DNA of 64,000 nt from Octopus sinensis (GCF_006345805.1 NC_043012.1:53196001-53260000); one strand, 5' to 3'; positions 25,041 through 38,794 are shown, counted from the first letter of the stretch. Made by a program: numbers and translations. Notes: generated by a model from the letters alone, not told the origin.

Positions 25041-26844
25041 TCTTTGAGTATCCAAATATTAAATGCGACTATGTTCATGCTTGGTCTTTTCTATTAAAAT
25101 TTTTTCTTGTTTTCTTCTTAGTCATTTATGCCTGACTTGGAGCAGTAATTTTACTTAAATCATTAGGCTGACGCTGCGATATTTCTTCAATGTCATTTTG
25201 AAAGAAATAAAAAGACTATTGTAATAGTATACTGTTGGTAGATTCTGCAGTATGTCATAACGGGTCATGGGAACAACTTATAACTGATAAAATCATCAAT
25301 GCCTTATTCAAAATCATATTACGGTTAATCCTGGTAGATTTCATGATATCTAACAGTATTTACCGCTATATGAAATTATTCTCAAAACTTTGTGCATCCT
25401 AAAGCAGAACGCATGGACAACACGCCGTTGCAAAAGGTCCTTTTGAAAAGGAAACTATAAATCTTGAAATGTCAGGCAGATGGAATTAGAAACGCTATTG
25501 TTCCATACCAAACACTAGTAAAGGAACATGAGATTTATTGTTGTGTGTGCATACACACACATTTATGTCTTAGTGTTTGAAGAATATCGTTCCCTTAATT
25601 ATTCTTCATTGGTTTACATGTTACGCAGTTTAATCGACGACTATTTACGTTTATCACTCGTCCAACTTTGCTATTGTCACTACCACATGGAGATTAAATA
25701 GTAGACATCTTAAGAGGACATACCTTAGCGTGTCTATTATACTAATGTTTAAAATGAGCTGCAGAGCAAAAAATATCCTTTAACAATGTTTTCATTTAAC
25801 CCATGGATATCGTCATATCGTCCTACTTGTTTCGTTAGCATCCCCCAACCCCAAGATATTTGTATGATTATCATAATTTGAACAACTGGATGTATATTTA
25901 TTAATCATAGTCAAATGATAATACGCAATAAATTATCAATATAAATTCAGCACATTGGCGAATTGATTCAATAATTTCTCTTATTATCTATTCGTTTTTG
26001 CAAGGTGACATTAACACAGCGGACAAACTGCGTGACAGAATTTTATCCGTCTTTAAGATCGGAGTTGAAATTTCTCAAGAGGTTGGCTTTTCGTTCAATC
26101 GGGTTCGATAAATTAGATACTAGTCAAGCAATAGGGTCGATGTAATCGACTAGCCCCATGCCTTCAACATTTCAGGAACTGCGTCTATAGTAGAAAGAAT
26201 AATTAATCCATTTTATAGAATCTTCTGAGCGGATTCCAAAGAGTTCGATGTACTTCAAAGTATCATTTAAAGGGTTTCAGGTGTGATGTTAAGATAATTC
26301 AATAGGTCTTTTAAGAAAAACACATTTTATGCAAGAAAAAAAAGTGTACGAAATAGAGATTTTGCATTTCAATAACCAGCATGTTGCTCGGTGCCTTTGG
26401 TAAATGTCTTCCACTATAATCCCGAACCGAATAATGGCTTGAGAGCGGATTTGGTAAAACTAATACAAAAGAAAATGCTATATTACTTCTTCAAAAGCGG
26501 CAGCAAGGCGTTGAGCTGGCAGAGTCGTTTGCACGCCAGGCAAAATTCTCAACGTCATTTCGCCCGATCTTATGTCATGAGTTTAAATTCCGCCAAGTTC
26601 GTCTGTGACCTTCATCCTTTCAGGTTCGATAAAATAAGTACTAGCTGAGCACTAGGGTCGCTGTAATCGATATCAAACAGTCCCTACAAAATAATTTCAG
26701 GCTATGTGCGTACAGTAGAAAGAATTCCTTCAACAGCAAAATGCAATTCCTAATCATTCAAATCATTCCTAAACCATTAGTGATGTTTAACAGAAGCAGC
26801 AGAGGAGCGCCTAAAATTAGAAAAGAAAAAAATTCAACAGTATT

Positions 26845-27004
26845 AACGCATGCGTGGCTGTATGGTAAGAAGCTTGCTTCCCAACTCCATGGTTCCAGGT
26901 TCAGTCCCACTGCGAGGCAACTTCTTCTCTAGCCTCAGGAAAACCAAAGCCTTGTGAGATGATTTGGTTGACGGAAACTGAAATAAGGCCGTCGTATATA
27001 TATG

Positions 27005-27037
<33 letters not shown>

Positions 27038-27245
27038 GTGTGTGTGTGTGACTGTGTTTGTCTCCCTACTACCGCTTGACAACCGGTTGGTGGTGTATTT
27101 ATCTCCCTGTAACTAAACGGTTCGGCAAAAGAAAGCGATAGAGTAAGTACCAGGCTTAAGAAATTAAGTACTGTGTTAGATACATTCAGTTAACATTTCA
27201 AGGCGGTACCCCAGCACGGCCGCAGTCAATGGCTGGGTTTTAAAG
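26845..27245 (+). mobile_element. SINE family A, diverged
   Basis: gtggctgtatggtaagaagcttgcttccc...ggaaactgaaataaggccgtcg(TA)n(TG)n...ttcggcaaaaga. Confidence 0.8.
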
Positions 27246-27859
27246 ATAAAATCATTTTTCAAATTGAAATGGTGATCTGATATTTGTCAGGTTTTAGATG
27301 ACTGGAAACTTCGTTATAATGGTGGCGAGTCGGAAAATCAAAACAAAACGAAAAGGAATACACAAATGACATGTGTTCATCTGATTTATTTCAAAGAATT
27401 GTTACAAGTCAGGAAATATTATTATTTCTTTGCCATTAAAATCCAGAGAGGTTTTCATCAGCGAAACGGTTTAAACATCAAAAGAGTCCTCTATTGTGTA
27501 GATGTTTTGATCAAAGGCAAAAATACCTGTTTATAAAATTGTGATATCAGTATTATGTTAATAGAATTCAATATTAGTAGTAGTAGCCTTCTTAATAAGA
27601 TTGCCATTGATCTTTAATTTAGAAATTTCATCACTTATGTGACAAAGTAAAGAAGATAAAAGCAAGTATTGGTTGTTTACACATAATGTTTAGTATTTCC
27701 ATTACAATGATCTGGTTCATGGTTCCTCCGTTGTATAATAATGTATTTGCTAAGCTGGCTTTCGATAAATTACTCACTTAGAATAGTCTTCAAATATTGT
27801 GTAAGCAAAATGTATAAATATATATAAATATATATATATATATACATACACACATATAT

Positions 27860-28068
27860 ACTTTTATTCTTTTATTCTTTTACTTGTTTCAGTCATTTGA
27901 TTGTAGCCATGCTGGAGCACCACCTTTAGTCGAACAAACCGACCCCAGGACTTATTCGTTGCAGGCCTTGTATATATTTTATCTGACTCTTTTTCCAAAC
28001 CGCTAAGTTACGGGGACGTAAACACATCGGTTGTCAAGCGAAGGTGGGAGACAAACACAGACACACAA

Positions 28069-28147
<79 letters not shown>

Positions 28148-28232
28148 CTACGGGCTTCTTTCACTTTCCGTCTACGAATCGACTCACAAGGCTTTTGTCG
28201 ACTCGACGCTACAGAAGAAGACATTTGCCCAA
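27860..28232 (-). mobile_element. SINE family A lacking its head
   Basis: Tail, internal (CA)n(TA)n and CORE-like block are present. Confidence 0.8.
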
Positions 28233-28799
28233 GTTGAATGGTTAGCAGTAAGAAAGATGTTCAGATTTCTTAAAAAAATTACTGTGTAAAATATTCTGAG
28301 AAAAAGTATATTTTTCACCACAACAAAATACACACACACACACACACATACACAAATAGCAGTCAAATCTCTCTCTCTCAAAACACACTCTTTCATCAAA
28401 AGAAATACACGGATTTGCAGTATTTCAGGAAGAAAAAGAAAAAAAAAAATTATATGAGGCGTCAGCTACATCAGAAGCCAGTCTGGGCTAATCAAAACAC
28501 AGACAAACATACTCCACATTAAAAGATTATCTACTAAATAATACAAATAAAATTGACAGCATATATTCGAAGTTTCATTCCCTGGTAAATCTCCATGTAT
28601 TTTAAACATGGAGATTTTAAACTCATTATGTTCTAAGACATAAAAAAGTTTCGTCAAGATTGATTCACTGGTGTAGACAGCAAGATGGTAACAGACAGAT
28701 AGAAATTGCCATAAATAAATATATATATATATATGTCTTGCAAACAACTTGCACATGCAAGTGCTACCAGTTAAAAGCTCCGTATACCGGAAGCTAGCA

Positions 28800-29150
28800 A
28801 GTGTATGGGGTCATCAGGAGAGAATGCGCGCCGTTTCGGGGCCTACCTCTCGACGGCATCAATGCGCACCGGACCCTCTCACTGATATGAGGCTCCGCTT
28901 CCTAGATCAGCTGGTTATGAAGAACTCAATATACTTCTAGCCATCGCTCATCGTCTCTTTTTAACCAAATCCAGTGGCTAGCCTTCTCCATTGTAGATTG
29001 GATATCAGTCATTTAAGTGTGTTTGTGTCTGTGTAAAACACCATCTTCCCCAAATCCTTACATAAATGATTCGAGTGTGCTATGAAGACATATTCGTCGT
29101 AAAGATGTTCTCTGGTGATGAAACTTACCAGCGATTAGTACATTCACGTT
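28800..29150 (-). pseudogene. Probable 3' end of a HERO-like (RLE-type) non-LTR retrotransposon
   Basis: Minus-strand peptide IQSTMEKASHWIWLKRDDERWLE resembles the EKASxWxWLKR C-terminus I recall for HERO elements. A GC-rich 3' UTR follows. Confidence 0.5.
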
Positions 29151-29171
29151 CGAATCTGACGGAACGTATTA

Positions 29172-29415
29172 TATTTCTTTACTGCCCACAAGGGGATGTC
29201 ATTTCAGGGAAAGAAATAGAGGGGACAAATAAGGACAGATAAACGGATTAAGTCGATTACATCGACCCCAATGCGAAACTGGTACTTAATTTATCGACCC
29301 CGAAAAGGATGAAAGGCAAAGTCGACCTCGGCGGAATTTGAACTCAGGACGTAACGGCAGACGAAATACTGCAAAGCATTTCGCCCGGCGTGCTAACGTT
29401 TCTGCCAGCTCGCCG
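29172..29415 (-). mobile_element. SINE family B monomer with 14-bp TSD
   Basis: TSD gacggaacgtatta at 29158-29171 and 29416-29429. Confidence 0.92.
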
Positions 29416-29784
29416 GACGGAACGTATTAAGTATGTAAATCATCATTTTGCTTCTCGCTGTTCACAGTACATATGACGATTAAATATCGGTTGGCAGATA
29501 TCAGAACAAATCAGTAAAATTTTCTTTCGCTGAAATGACATCGCATTTCTCTGCTAATACGATAAGAGTCGGTGCTCATAAATATTTGATTCGGAAGAAC
29601 GGCTTGTGATGTATTTGGTGTCTTCAAAGAATATTTTACCAGCATATCTTTTTAAACATAAAATGCTATCACCTCAGAAGCTTCGCTCTCTTGAAGTTGA
29701 TCGTTTGTTATTTGTTCTATCTTGAAAACGAACTCCAAGAGCAGATCATAAAAGAGAGCAAAGTCCAGCGTTTATCTATTCAGC

Positions 29785-29832
<48 letters not shown>

Positions 29833-30065
29833 TACAAACACACACAGACGCACACACATACAAACACCCACAGACGCACACACACACACGCACAAACAAA
29901 TACACACACAGAAACACAGGCACACACACACAACCACATGCACACACATTCACATACATTTACATTTGTACACATGTACGTGTATATGTGTGTTTTCTGC
30001 CTGCCTGTCTGTCGGTATTTATATATTTATGTACGTATATGTGTGAGTGTCTGTCTGTCCGTATA

Positions 30066-31065
30066 TACGAGGGGGTGTCCAAAAGAAACCGGAATTTTGT
30101 GATATTATTTTATTCGCTTAGTTTTTACATGTTTACACTTTTATTACCTTCAAAGTATTCTCCATTTTTGAAGCAATGCATCGGTCCAGATGCGTTTTCC
30201 ACTGTTCGAAGCAGTCCTGGAACTCTTGTGAAGTGATACCCTTTAATGCCTCCGTCGTCTTTTTCTTCGCAACTTCTACATGTGAAAAACGTGTTCCATT
30301 AAGGACTTTTTTATTCGAGAAAAAAAAAATGTCGCAAGGAGCAAAATCGGGTAAATAGGCAAGGTGGGTAAGAGGGGTCATGCCATTTTTGATCAAAAAC
30401 TGTCTCATACTCAAGGTAGTCTGCGCAGGCGCATTATCATGATGAAACCACTACTCTCCATTTTGCCAGGTCGCGGCATATTCGTCTCACTGCGTCTCGC
30501 AAATGCTTCAGAACTGCCAAGTAAAATGTTTAACAGTTTGACCAGGTGGAATAAATTCGGCGGGAACAATTTCTTTTTGCATCCAGCATCATCTTGATAT
30601 TGGCCTCCACTTGACGCGCTTTTTGGAGCGTGGTAACATTGATTGCTTCTATTGATTTGATTGCTGCTTCATTCCCGGTTCGTAGCCGTAGCACCAATTT
30701 TCGCCACCAGTGATGACCTTCAAAAAAGGTTCGTATCAACTTCCAACTCTTCTTTCCGTTCAGACACGCATTCAGTCGTGACTGCTTTTGATTATCAGTG
30801 AGCAAGCGAGGCACAAACTTTGCTGAAACTCTTTTCATTCGCAATTCTTCGCTTCAAATTCATTGGCAGGAGCTCCAGGACACACCAGTCATATCAACAA
30901 GCTCGTCAATTGTTTGGCGACGGTCCTCCATGTTCAGTCCACAAATTTTGATGATGTTTTCTTTCGTTCAGAAGGTCGACGTTCGCAGTGAAGGAGGTTG
31001 GTTTTCAAACGACAAGGAACTATTCCTAAAGCGCGGAAACCATTCGTATGCATGTCATCGTTCGT
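30066..31065 (-). pseudogene. Mariner transposon relic, near full-length disrupted transposase
   Basis: MKRVSAKFVPRLLTDNQK, VITGGENWCYGYEP (first catalytic D lost), HHDNAPA, HLAYLPDFAPCDIFFF. TIR tacgagggggtgtccaaaagaaaccggaat at 30066. Confidence 0.9.
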
Positions 31066-31321
31066 TTTATTTCAGGATTTCTTGCCAATAAAGAAAGAGT
31101 CGGTTTCTAACATAGAGTCAAAGCTCTTTCATAGGAAGTTCAACATCAACAACAGGGTATTTTCGTTTGTTTGTTTGTATATATGTATATATATATATGC
31201 AGATGTGTATGTTTTGTTTTATACATGTATATGTGTAGATTTTATGTTTTGTTTTATGTATGTATTCTCACGCATATAGTTCCATATCTAGACATGCTCA
31301 TATATATTTAAATGATAAACC

Positions 31322-31507
31322 TCTGGAAAGTTTTTCAGATAGTTACAGTTTCAGTGATGGTTTGGATCTCTAGCCTTCGAATTAGATTCCTCCTTTCTGG
31401 TTTTGATAAGCATGGTTTCTCAAGATTGGAATTGAGGCAGTGTGTTACATAACTCAGGGCTCCAATAATCACAGGTATAAACCTGAACTTGTAATCTGGA
31501 CAGAGAA
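31322..31507 (-). pseudogene. Second R4/Dong-like 3' fragment
   Basis: LCPDYKFRFIPVIIGALSYVTHCLNSNLEK..LIRRLEIQTITETV is homologous to the C-terminus at 19270-19480. Truncated against TACA-rich repeats. Confidence 0.75.
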
Positions 31508-31803
31508 TGTATGCATGTAGGTATGTATGCATGTATAGACTTATATTCCAAAAGAAATGGATATACATACATACACAATACATACACAATCACACAGATT
31601 TATACGACACACATAGACACGTATTATGCAAACACGAAATCATACGTGCAAATCTCATTATTAACACCTGATTTACATCAGTATGTATATTTATAAACGT
31701 ATATATATATATGTACGTGTGTGTGTATGTATATATACATGCATATATGTAAATATACATGCATATATATATATATATATGTATATAGGTATATATATAT
31801 ATG

Positions 31804-31829
<26 letters not shown>

Positions 31830-31835
<6 letters not shown>

Positions 31836-32203
31836 AATATGTGTATGTATATATATATATACATTATTTACATTATTTGTATTAAACGGATATTTGTCCT
31901 TATCTTGTTTGTTGTTAACACAACGTTTCGGCTGATATACCCTCCAGCCTTCATCATAATATCTTCGGAATGAGAACCTGGATTCTCATTCCTAAGATAG
32001 TTTTCGATGTTGTTATTCTTCTTTTTCTTCTTATTATTAATATTCAGGTCACTACCTGGAATCGAACTCGGAATCTTGGACTTCGTAGCCCGCGCTCTTA
32101 ACCACTACGCCATGGGCAATTATGAAGTGAATTTTAGCGCTTATAAATATAAGGCTTACAAATATCCGTCAAATATAAATAACGTACATAATTCCTCATC
32201 TCT

Positions 32204-32249
<46 letters not shown>

Positions 32250-32624
32250 ATATATAAATATGTGTATGTATATATATATATACATTATTTACATTATTTG
32301 TATTAAACGGATATTTGTCCTTATCTTGTTTGTTGTTAACACAACGTTTCGGCTGATATACCCTCCAGCCTTCATCATAATATCTTCGGAATGAGAACCT
32401 GGATTCTCATTCCTAAGATAGTTTTCGATGTTGTTATTCTTCTTTTTCTTCTTATTATTAATATTCAGGTCACTACCTGGAATCGAACTCGGAATCTTGG
32501 ACTTCGTAGCCCGCGCTCTTAACCACTACGCCATGGGCAATTATGAAGTGAATTTTAGCGCTTATAAATATAAGGCTTACAAATATCCGTCAAATATAAA
32601 TAACGTACATAATTCCTCATCTCT

Positions 32625-32660
<36 letters not shown>
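31830..32660 (-). mobile_element. Tandem dimer of a 421-bp unit with a tRNA-like head and a hammerhead-like motif, set in (TA)n
   Basis: Units are offset by 421 bp. tRNA-like segment at 32045-32117 and 32466-32538 (A box TGGCGTAGTGG, B box GAGTTCGATTCC). Motif ATGATGAA-GGCTG-N10-CAGCC-GAAACGTT at 31921-31957 and 32342-32378. Confidence 0.8.
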
Positions 32661-32663
<3 letters not shown>

Positions 32664-33290
32664 ATGTACCTATACACACACACAAACATAAATGGTGTAA
32701 TTAATTAGTTACAGTAGTATAAATACTTGATTACATGATAATATGTGATAGTCTATCTGTGTGTGTTAATACGTACGTATAAGCCCACGAAATCTTCACA
32801 AATAATAATAAAACAACAATGATAATGATAACAACAACAATAAAAATAACAGCAACAACAATAATAGCGATAATTGCAATGACGTCATTAAGAAAAATTG
32901 AGAAATATGCTACATTTCAATTTTGGAACCTGCTGAAGTATTCCTTCTCGTCTACTTTGCTTTATGGAAATTTTAATAGATAAAATTTATTGATATTCGC
33001 AAACAGCTTCTACAGTTTCTCTTGAATGATTTGTCTCGACTACGCCCCTGGATATATTTTCATATCTTAGTTAATTGGAAAGTAAAATATTAAATCCAAT
33101 ATGAAACACTAAAATATTATATAAATATTTCCCATTGCCACTAGCGCTGTGGCTTGTTTCAAGTATAACTAATATTGGCATATTATTTGTGTACATACTT
33201 AGGTTTGCTGTTACTTTAATGAAGTTTTATTATAGTAAGTGGTGCGGCTAGTCAAAATTAATAAATGTAGTATACATGATTCGAGACAAA

Positions 33291-33856
33291 TATTGTGTTG
33301 TCCGGAAAGTTCGTGCCGATTTTTAAAGGAAAGAAAAAGGTTAATAAATACTTGCCATTACATTTTTAATCAACCAAATATGAACCATTTTGTTGCACAA
33401 TGCGTCTCCATCATTCCTTTAACTTGAAAATACCCTCTTCCCAGAAATGAGGTGGTTTCATGGCAAAGAATTCAAGGTATCTTTTTATATCATCCAAGGA
33501 ACGGAAATTTTTATCATTAAAACTATTCTGCAGAGACGTGAATAAGTGGAAATCTGAAGGAGCAATATCTGGTGAATATGGAGGGTGGGTAACACATCCC
33601 AGCCGAGCTGCAGCAATATTTGTCTGGTTCCTAAAGCATCAAGTGCCGAAAATGAACTTTCTTATCTTCCATTTTAAAGGGTTACAGAATTAACACAGGT
33701 TATAGGAACATAAACCTTCTTCCACGAAAAGATAGCTTAAACTGTGCTGTAAATGGATGTGTAGTCAAATCCTATTTTATGGACTCAACCATGTTCTAAA
33801 ATAAGTCGAAAGGTAAGCAAATACATATCGGCACGAACTTTCCGGGCAACCCAATA
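33291..33856 (-). mobile_element. Internally deleted mariner element with both TIRs and TA TSD
   Basis: TIRs tattgtgttgtccggaaagttcgtgccgat / atcggcacgaactttccgggcaacccaata. Internal HPPYSPDIAPSDFHLFTSLQNS..FWEEGIFKLKE*WRRIVQQNGSY. Confidence 0.92.
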
Positions 33857-34532
33857 TATAGAAAACAGAATATAAATGTGCTGAGCGTTTTTACCAAACG
33901 TCAAACCAAATTTTCAAATGGTACTATTTTGTTCTTTTATTTTCATTGTGGTGTCATTGATGGCGGTGCTCCTTATGCCCTGGCCACTCAGATCTATGAC
34001 AAAGACCACTGTCCTAGATAGTCCTTTACTTTTCTAGGCACAATCGAGCCCACACACACACTCACAACCAACCACATTATACGGTGAGTCCCTACGATTA
34101 AGACTGTGGTATATAAGAGGAGGGAAATTTAGCCACCATTTCATGTAGGTCGAATGTTCACATAGTGTGCCCCTCACTGGGTCATGAGATATTGATAAAG
34201 GTGATGTTGACTTATTAATATTGTTCATATTGACGCTGCTTTTCGGTTTACTCGACTACATATTTGTCCTTTGAAGATAAGTATCAGCGAAATGTAGTAT
34301 GTATGCATGTATGTGTGTATGTGCGTATTTGTGTGTTTGTGTACACATGTATCTGCGTATGTTTGTATGCATCCATGCGTTGCATGAAATTGCGAACCTA
34401 CTAAAGTATTTGTCTATATATGTGTGTAAATGTACATGCATACACAGATACTCACATACATACATGTATAACTATATATATATGTGTGTGTGTGTGTGTG
34501 TATGTGTGTGCGTGTGTGTTTGTGTGTGTATA

Positions 34533-34566
<34 letters not shown>

Positions 34567-34595
34567 AATCTGTTTGTGACTGTGTTTGTGTGTGT

Positions 34596-34634
<39 letters not shown>

Positions 34635-34966
34635 GGTGTGGGTGTGAATTTGAGCAGAGTAAAAGTGTGATTATGTATTTCTTTGCATAGTAACTTATAT
34701 ACGTCAACATGTGAATGATTCATAGATCTTTGATATCTTCACAAAGACAATGATAAATGATTCCATAAAAAGAATGTCTGCGAAAGATTTGAGAAATCTG
34801 ATACATTCTAACTCTGTGATGTACAAAAGAAAAATGAAACTCCTCGTTGACTTACGTAGAAGAAAGGAAAAACAACAGCGCTTAACACATTAGGTTATCG
34901 TTACATATATTTAATAACAGTGTGACGCAGGCTCACAATATTTATATACATAAATACACATCTATA

Positions 34967-35165
34967 TACGAGGGGGGGGGGGCAGAAAAGTTCTTGTGCT
35001 TAAGGGTGTCGCGAAAGGCCTGGTTGGAGGCCCAGCCTTCCGTGTTCTTTTACGGGGCTCAGAGAAATTACGCAATCCCTGCAATTTTTGGAGGGAAATA
35101 TGTTGGATAAAATCATAATTAACTGATCCTACTCTATTTTCTTTTACCCAAAGCCGGAAACAGGT
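34967..35165. mobile_element. Degenerate mariner-type MITE
   Basis: Left end tacgagggg..cagaaaagttcttgtgcttaagggt, with a partial right end acccaaagccggaa. Confidence 0.4.
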
Positions 35166-35716
35166 ATGTAAAATCAAACGACTGAGAGAGAGAGAATAAT
35201 CGACTTAAGTTCAAGACTGGTACTTTACTTATCAACCCCAAAAGGGCGAAAGAGAAATTCGCACCAATGGGATATCAAGTCAGAGAGACCCAAAAATTTC
35301 ACCATAAAGCAACCTAAATGTCTGGATTTATTTGTTTGAGTGTGCGTATGCGTTGGTATGTAAAATCAAAGAAAGAAAGAAAGAGTCTGGGAGAGAGATG
35401 AAGGGGAAGAAAGGGAAAACATGAGATTAGAAAGTCGAAAGCTATTTGTGAGGTTGAAGAATTGCAAGAATAGTAGCGACAACAGATGGATGTAGAGAAA
35501 GGAGGAAGAGAGAGAATTCTAATGAGAGTAAGTAGAATTCTTGTTGTTGGGTATTTATTTCTCCCTAGGTGAGTGGAGTGAGTAGTAAGGTGAGAAAAGT
35601 CAACCTGTACAAATGCATTTCAGGTTAAAGTTGGAAAATAAAGCAGACGGAAGCTAAGTTAGAATTATGAGAGATTTGTGAATCCGTATGTTATTGTGTA
35701 ACGAACATTTATAGAA

Positions 35717-35754
<38 letters not shown>

Positions 35755-36298
35755 ACACACAAACGCAACTCTTCTATGTTTGTTTCTAAGCCAGAGATTA
35801 TGGCTAGGATCAAATTGTCCATCAAAAATAAATATTTTCTGGCAACGAATTCTTGTCTAAATTTATCACACTATAATTTTTTAAAATTTTATTGTTATTG
35901 TTGCCAAGAGAATCAAAATTTGATGTTTTACCATAACTGAGAAGAATATATATATTCATAAATATATTCATACGCCTTTGTTTATATAGATAATTATAAG
36001 ATACATTATGTTACTAAAGATTGATTTTGCGCTTGATAACGATGGGTGATAATCATGGGTATTTTGGTGGTTTTTCCCTATATTTTGGAGACACTGTATG
36101 TTGCAGTTGTGCTGTCTATTAATATTATCTTATCAAGTTATATTTATGTTGCAATAACACTGTAATGCAGTCGGTTATCTCCAGTTCGAACCTGATTGCG
36201 CTGACCTGTTATAAAAAGACTTCCAGCCATGACCGTCTTGTCTTTTTTTTCTTTTAGTTATCTGAAACTGTATTATCTTATGCATCTTTCCCGTCGTT

Positions 36299-36772
36299 GG
36301 ATCTTTTCGGTTTGAACGGCAGTTTTTTTCTAGCGGTGTCATATGAAATTGTCACCCATAATTATAACCCTAGAATCGATCTATTGCATTTCAATTTGTT
36401 TTAGGGTTAAGGTTAGTTAGGTTAGTTAGGTTTAGGGTTAGTTAGGTTTAGGGTTAGGGTTGGTGTTAGGGTTAGGGGTGGGGGAAGGGTATCTTCTTTT
36501 CTTCACAAATGTAAATAAACTCAATCTGTTTCTTAAACGAGGGGCATATTCATACGGCACAGAATGCTTTTTAACTCAATGGACGTCACTGATTGGTTGA
36601 AATTGCAGTAATTGAAGAAAAAACAACAAATACCTTACAAACTATAGAATTTTCTCAATAGAGCCAAGAGAAAAAGATGTTTTATAAACACATTCTACCA
36701 GTATACGAAGTTTAGAATTTTTTAGTTACTAAGAAATTATGTTAAAAACTGTCGTTCAAACCGAAAAGATCC
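36299..36772. mobile_element. Telomere-repeat MITE, copy 2 (opposite orientation to copy 1)
   Basis: GGATC...GATCC TIRs. TSD ccgtcgtt (36291-36298) / ccgttgtt (36773-36780). (TTAGGG)/(TTAG) array at about 36400-36480. Confidence 0.92.
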
Positions 36773-36880
36773 CCGTTGTTAAGACAACGAGGTATGGATT
36801 TGATGACATTTGATTGCCTCTTTCAAGCAGTCGCATGAAGCCACACTTCTTGACTCTTGATAAATACATTTTAAGTCGGT

Positions 36881-37395
36881 ACGAGGTGGTGGTTATTAGC
36901 ATAGTGGTAGCGGTATTCGGCACACGATCGTTAGTTTGTGAGTTCGATTCCCGGCCACGTCTTATGTCCTTGAGCAAGACACTTTATTTCATGATGCTCC
37001 AATCCATATGGCTGGTAAAAATGCGTTATACTTGTATTTCAAAAGGGCCAGCCTTGTCACATCCTGTGTCACGCTGAATCTCCTTGTGAATAAGGCGGTG
37101 AGCTGGCAGAAACGTTAGCACATCGGGCGAAATGCTTAGCGGTATTTTGTCTGTCTTTATGTTCTAAGTTCAAATTCCACCGAGGTCGACTTTACCTTTC
37201 ATTCTTTCTGGATCGATAAATTAACTACCAGTTGCGTACTGGGGTCGATCTAAGTAGAAACGAATTTCCTTGTGAGCTACATTAAGGGTACGCGTGTCTG
37301 TGGAGTGCCCGGCCATTTGCACGTCAATTTCTCGAGTAGGCTGTTCCGTTCATCGGACCTACTGGAACCCTCGTCGTCGTAACTGCGTGAGTACC
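36881..37395 (+). mobile_element. Group C SINE interrupted by a nested family B SINE (37091-37261)
   Basis: The host tail is split between gaatctccttgtga (37076-37089) and gaatttccttgtga (37262-37275), a 13/14 TSD. The rejoined tail matches the reverse complement of 58008-58190. Confidence 0.85.
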
Positions 37396-38794
37396 AGTTA
37401 GTAAGTAGGTGGGAAAATGTAGTGCTTTTACAACCAATATAAAAGTTAATGCCTTAACATTTATATCTTTACTGTTTGCATCCAATTTTATTGATAACAT
37501 TTGTATTCTGTAGTTTATTCAGTGGCTTTCGAGCTAATTATTAATTGAGGGTAAACAAAGTTATAATTCGAACATATTATTAAATTTAGTTTATGGTTAG
37601 GCGTAATTCAAGCTGTATTCTGTATTATGAGATTCTTCACAATAATGCATTCCTCTTTTCTCAGTAGAACAAAAGCAAAAGTATTCATGCAACAATTTCG
37701 AAAGATAATTACAGAATAAATTATCATTTATCAATGTTTTAATTGATGTATAAGTGTAATCTCACTATACTATTAATTCTTTTTGTTGAGAAACCCCTGA
37801 TAATTGATATCTAAGATTTAATGAACTTTAGAATAATTGAGTAATAGGCAGAGATAATTATCTGAATAAATAAATAATCTTTATAGAATTTCTTAGAAAG
37901 TTTTGAAAGTGATTTTCAAAAGGTGGAGTATGCTATGAAGCAAAATTAGGAAACAGTATATCTTGAATATGGGAATAATTTCGTGGATCAAACCTTAGCA
38001 AAGCGAGAAGAGACTACAAGATTGGCGGTGAGATATTTTTCAGGTAAATTTTTTATGCTTTCATCCTCATCTTTTACAATCCAAATTATTCCAAAACAAA
38101 TAACTTCCTTTCTAATATATTGCTATATACAAATATTTTTTCTTTATTCCTCTTTTCTCATCCAAAATAAATATTAAGCTTGATAAAGCTGCTCGTTAGT
38201 TCTTCAAGTTAAATATTTTTTTAGTTTAAAATTGAAAAGAGCAGACTCTTCCCTGCCATATATGTTGGTTGAGTTTTGGTAATAGTTACTCTCTTCTAAG
38301 GAATTCTTTCAATCGTTGTATTGTTTAATATACCATCCTGCAGACAATCAATGTATAGTCGGATAAAACTACAACTTCAAGTTCATCATCTGGAATATTA
38401 AACTTTGATGCTTTATACAAAAATTTTGAACCACCAATAGGAATTTCTTCAGAAATTACATTTTTGAAAAAGCGTTTTAGCACAAGACGCCACTGGTTCT
38501 CTATTTATCTAAATTTAAATTGATTAATCTCAGTCAAAAGGACAGCTTCAAAAGATGGTCGAGTATGACCTAGACTCTAAGGCAAATTTTGGAAAACTAT
38601 TGAAGACTATCAATATTTCTAGGTAGACAGGTCAATAGATCATAGCAAAATATCTTTAAAAAAGTTTAAATATTGTTTTTGTACGGTATTTTCTTGTTCT
38701 TTTATAAAACATTACGAATTAAAGAACCCGTATCTAATCATTTTTTTAACTTTCCCATTGAGTGATACGGTCAAATTCGTTTCAAGACGTTCAT

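Noticed and set aside
28805-28850. GAAAC...CTGATGA in the HERO-like 3' UTR as a permuted hammerhead
   Set aside because: The flanking strands (ggcccc / cccc) are not complementary, so stem II cannot form.
32045-32117. Functional tRNA gene
   Set aside because: A and B boxes are present, but the acceptor and anticodon stems do not pair properly. It is treated as the tRNA-derived part of a repeat.
38401-38520. EITFLKKRF resembling viral RdRp motif E
   Set aside because: No GDD or other RdRp motifs upstream, and the frame is closed by stops.
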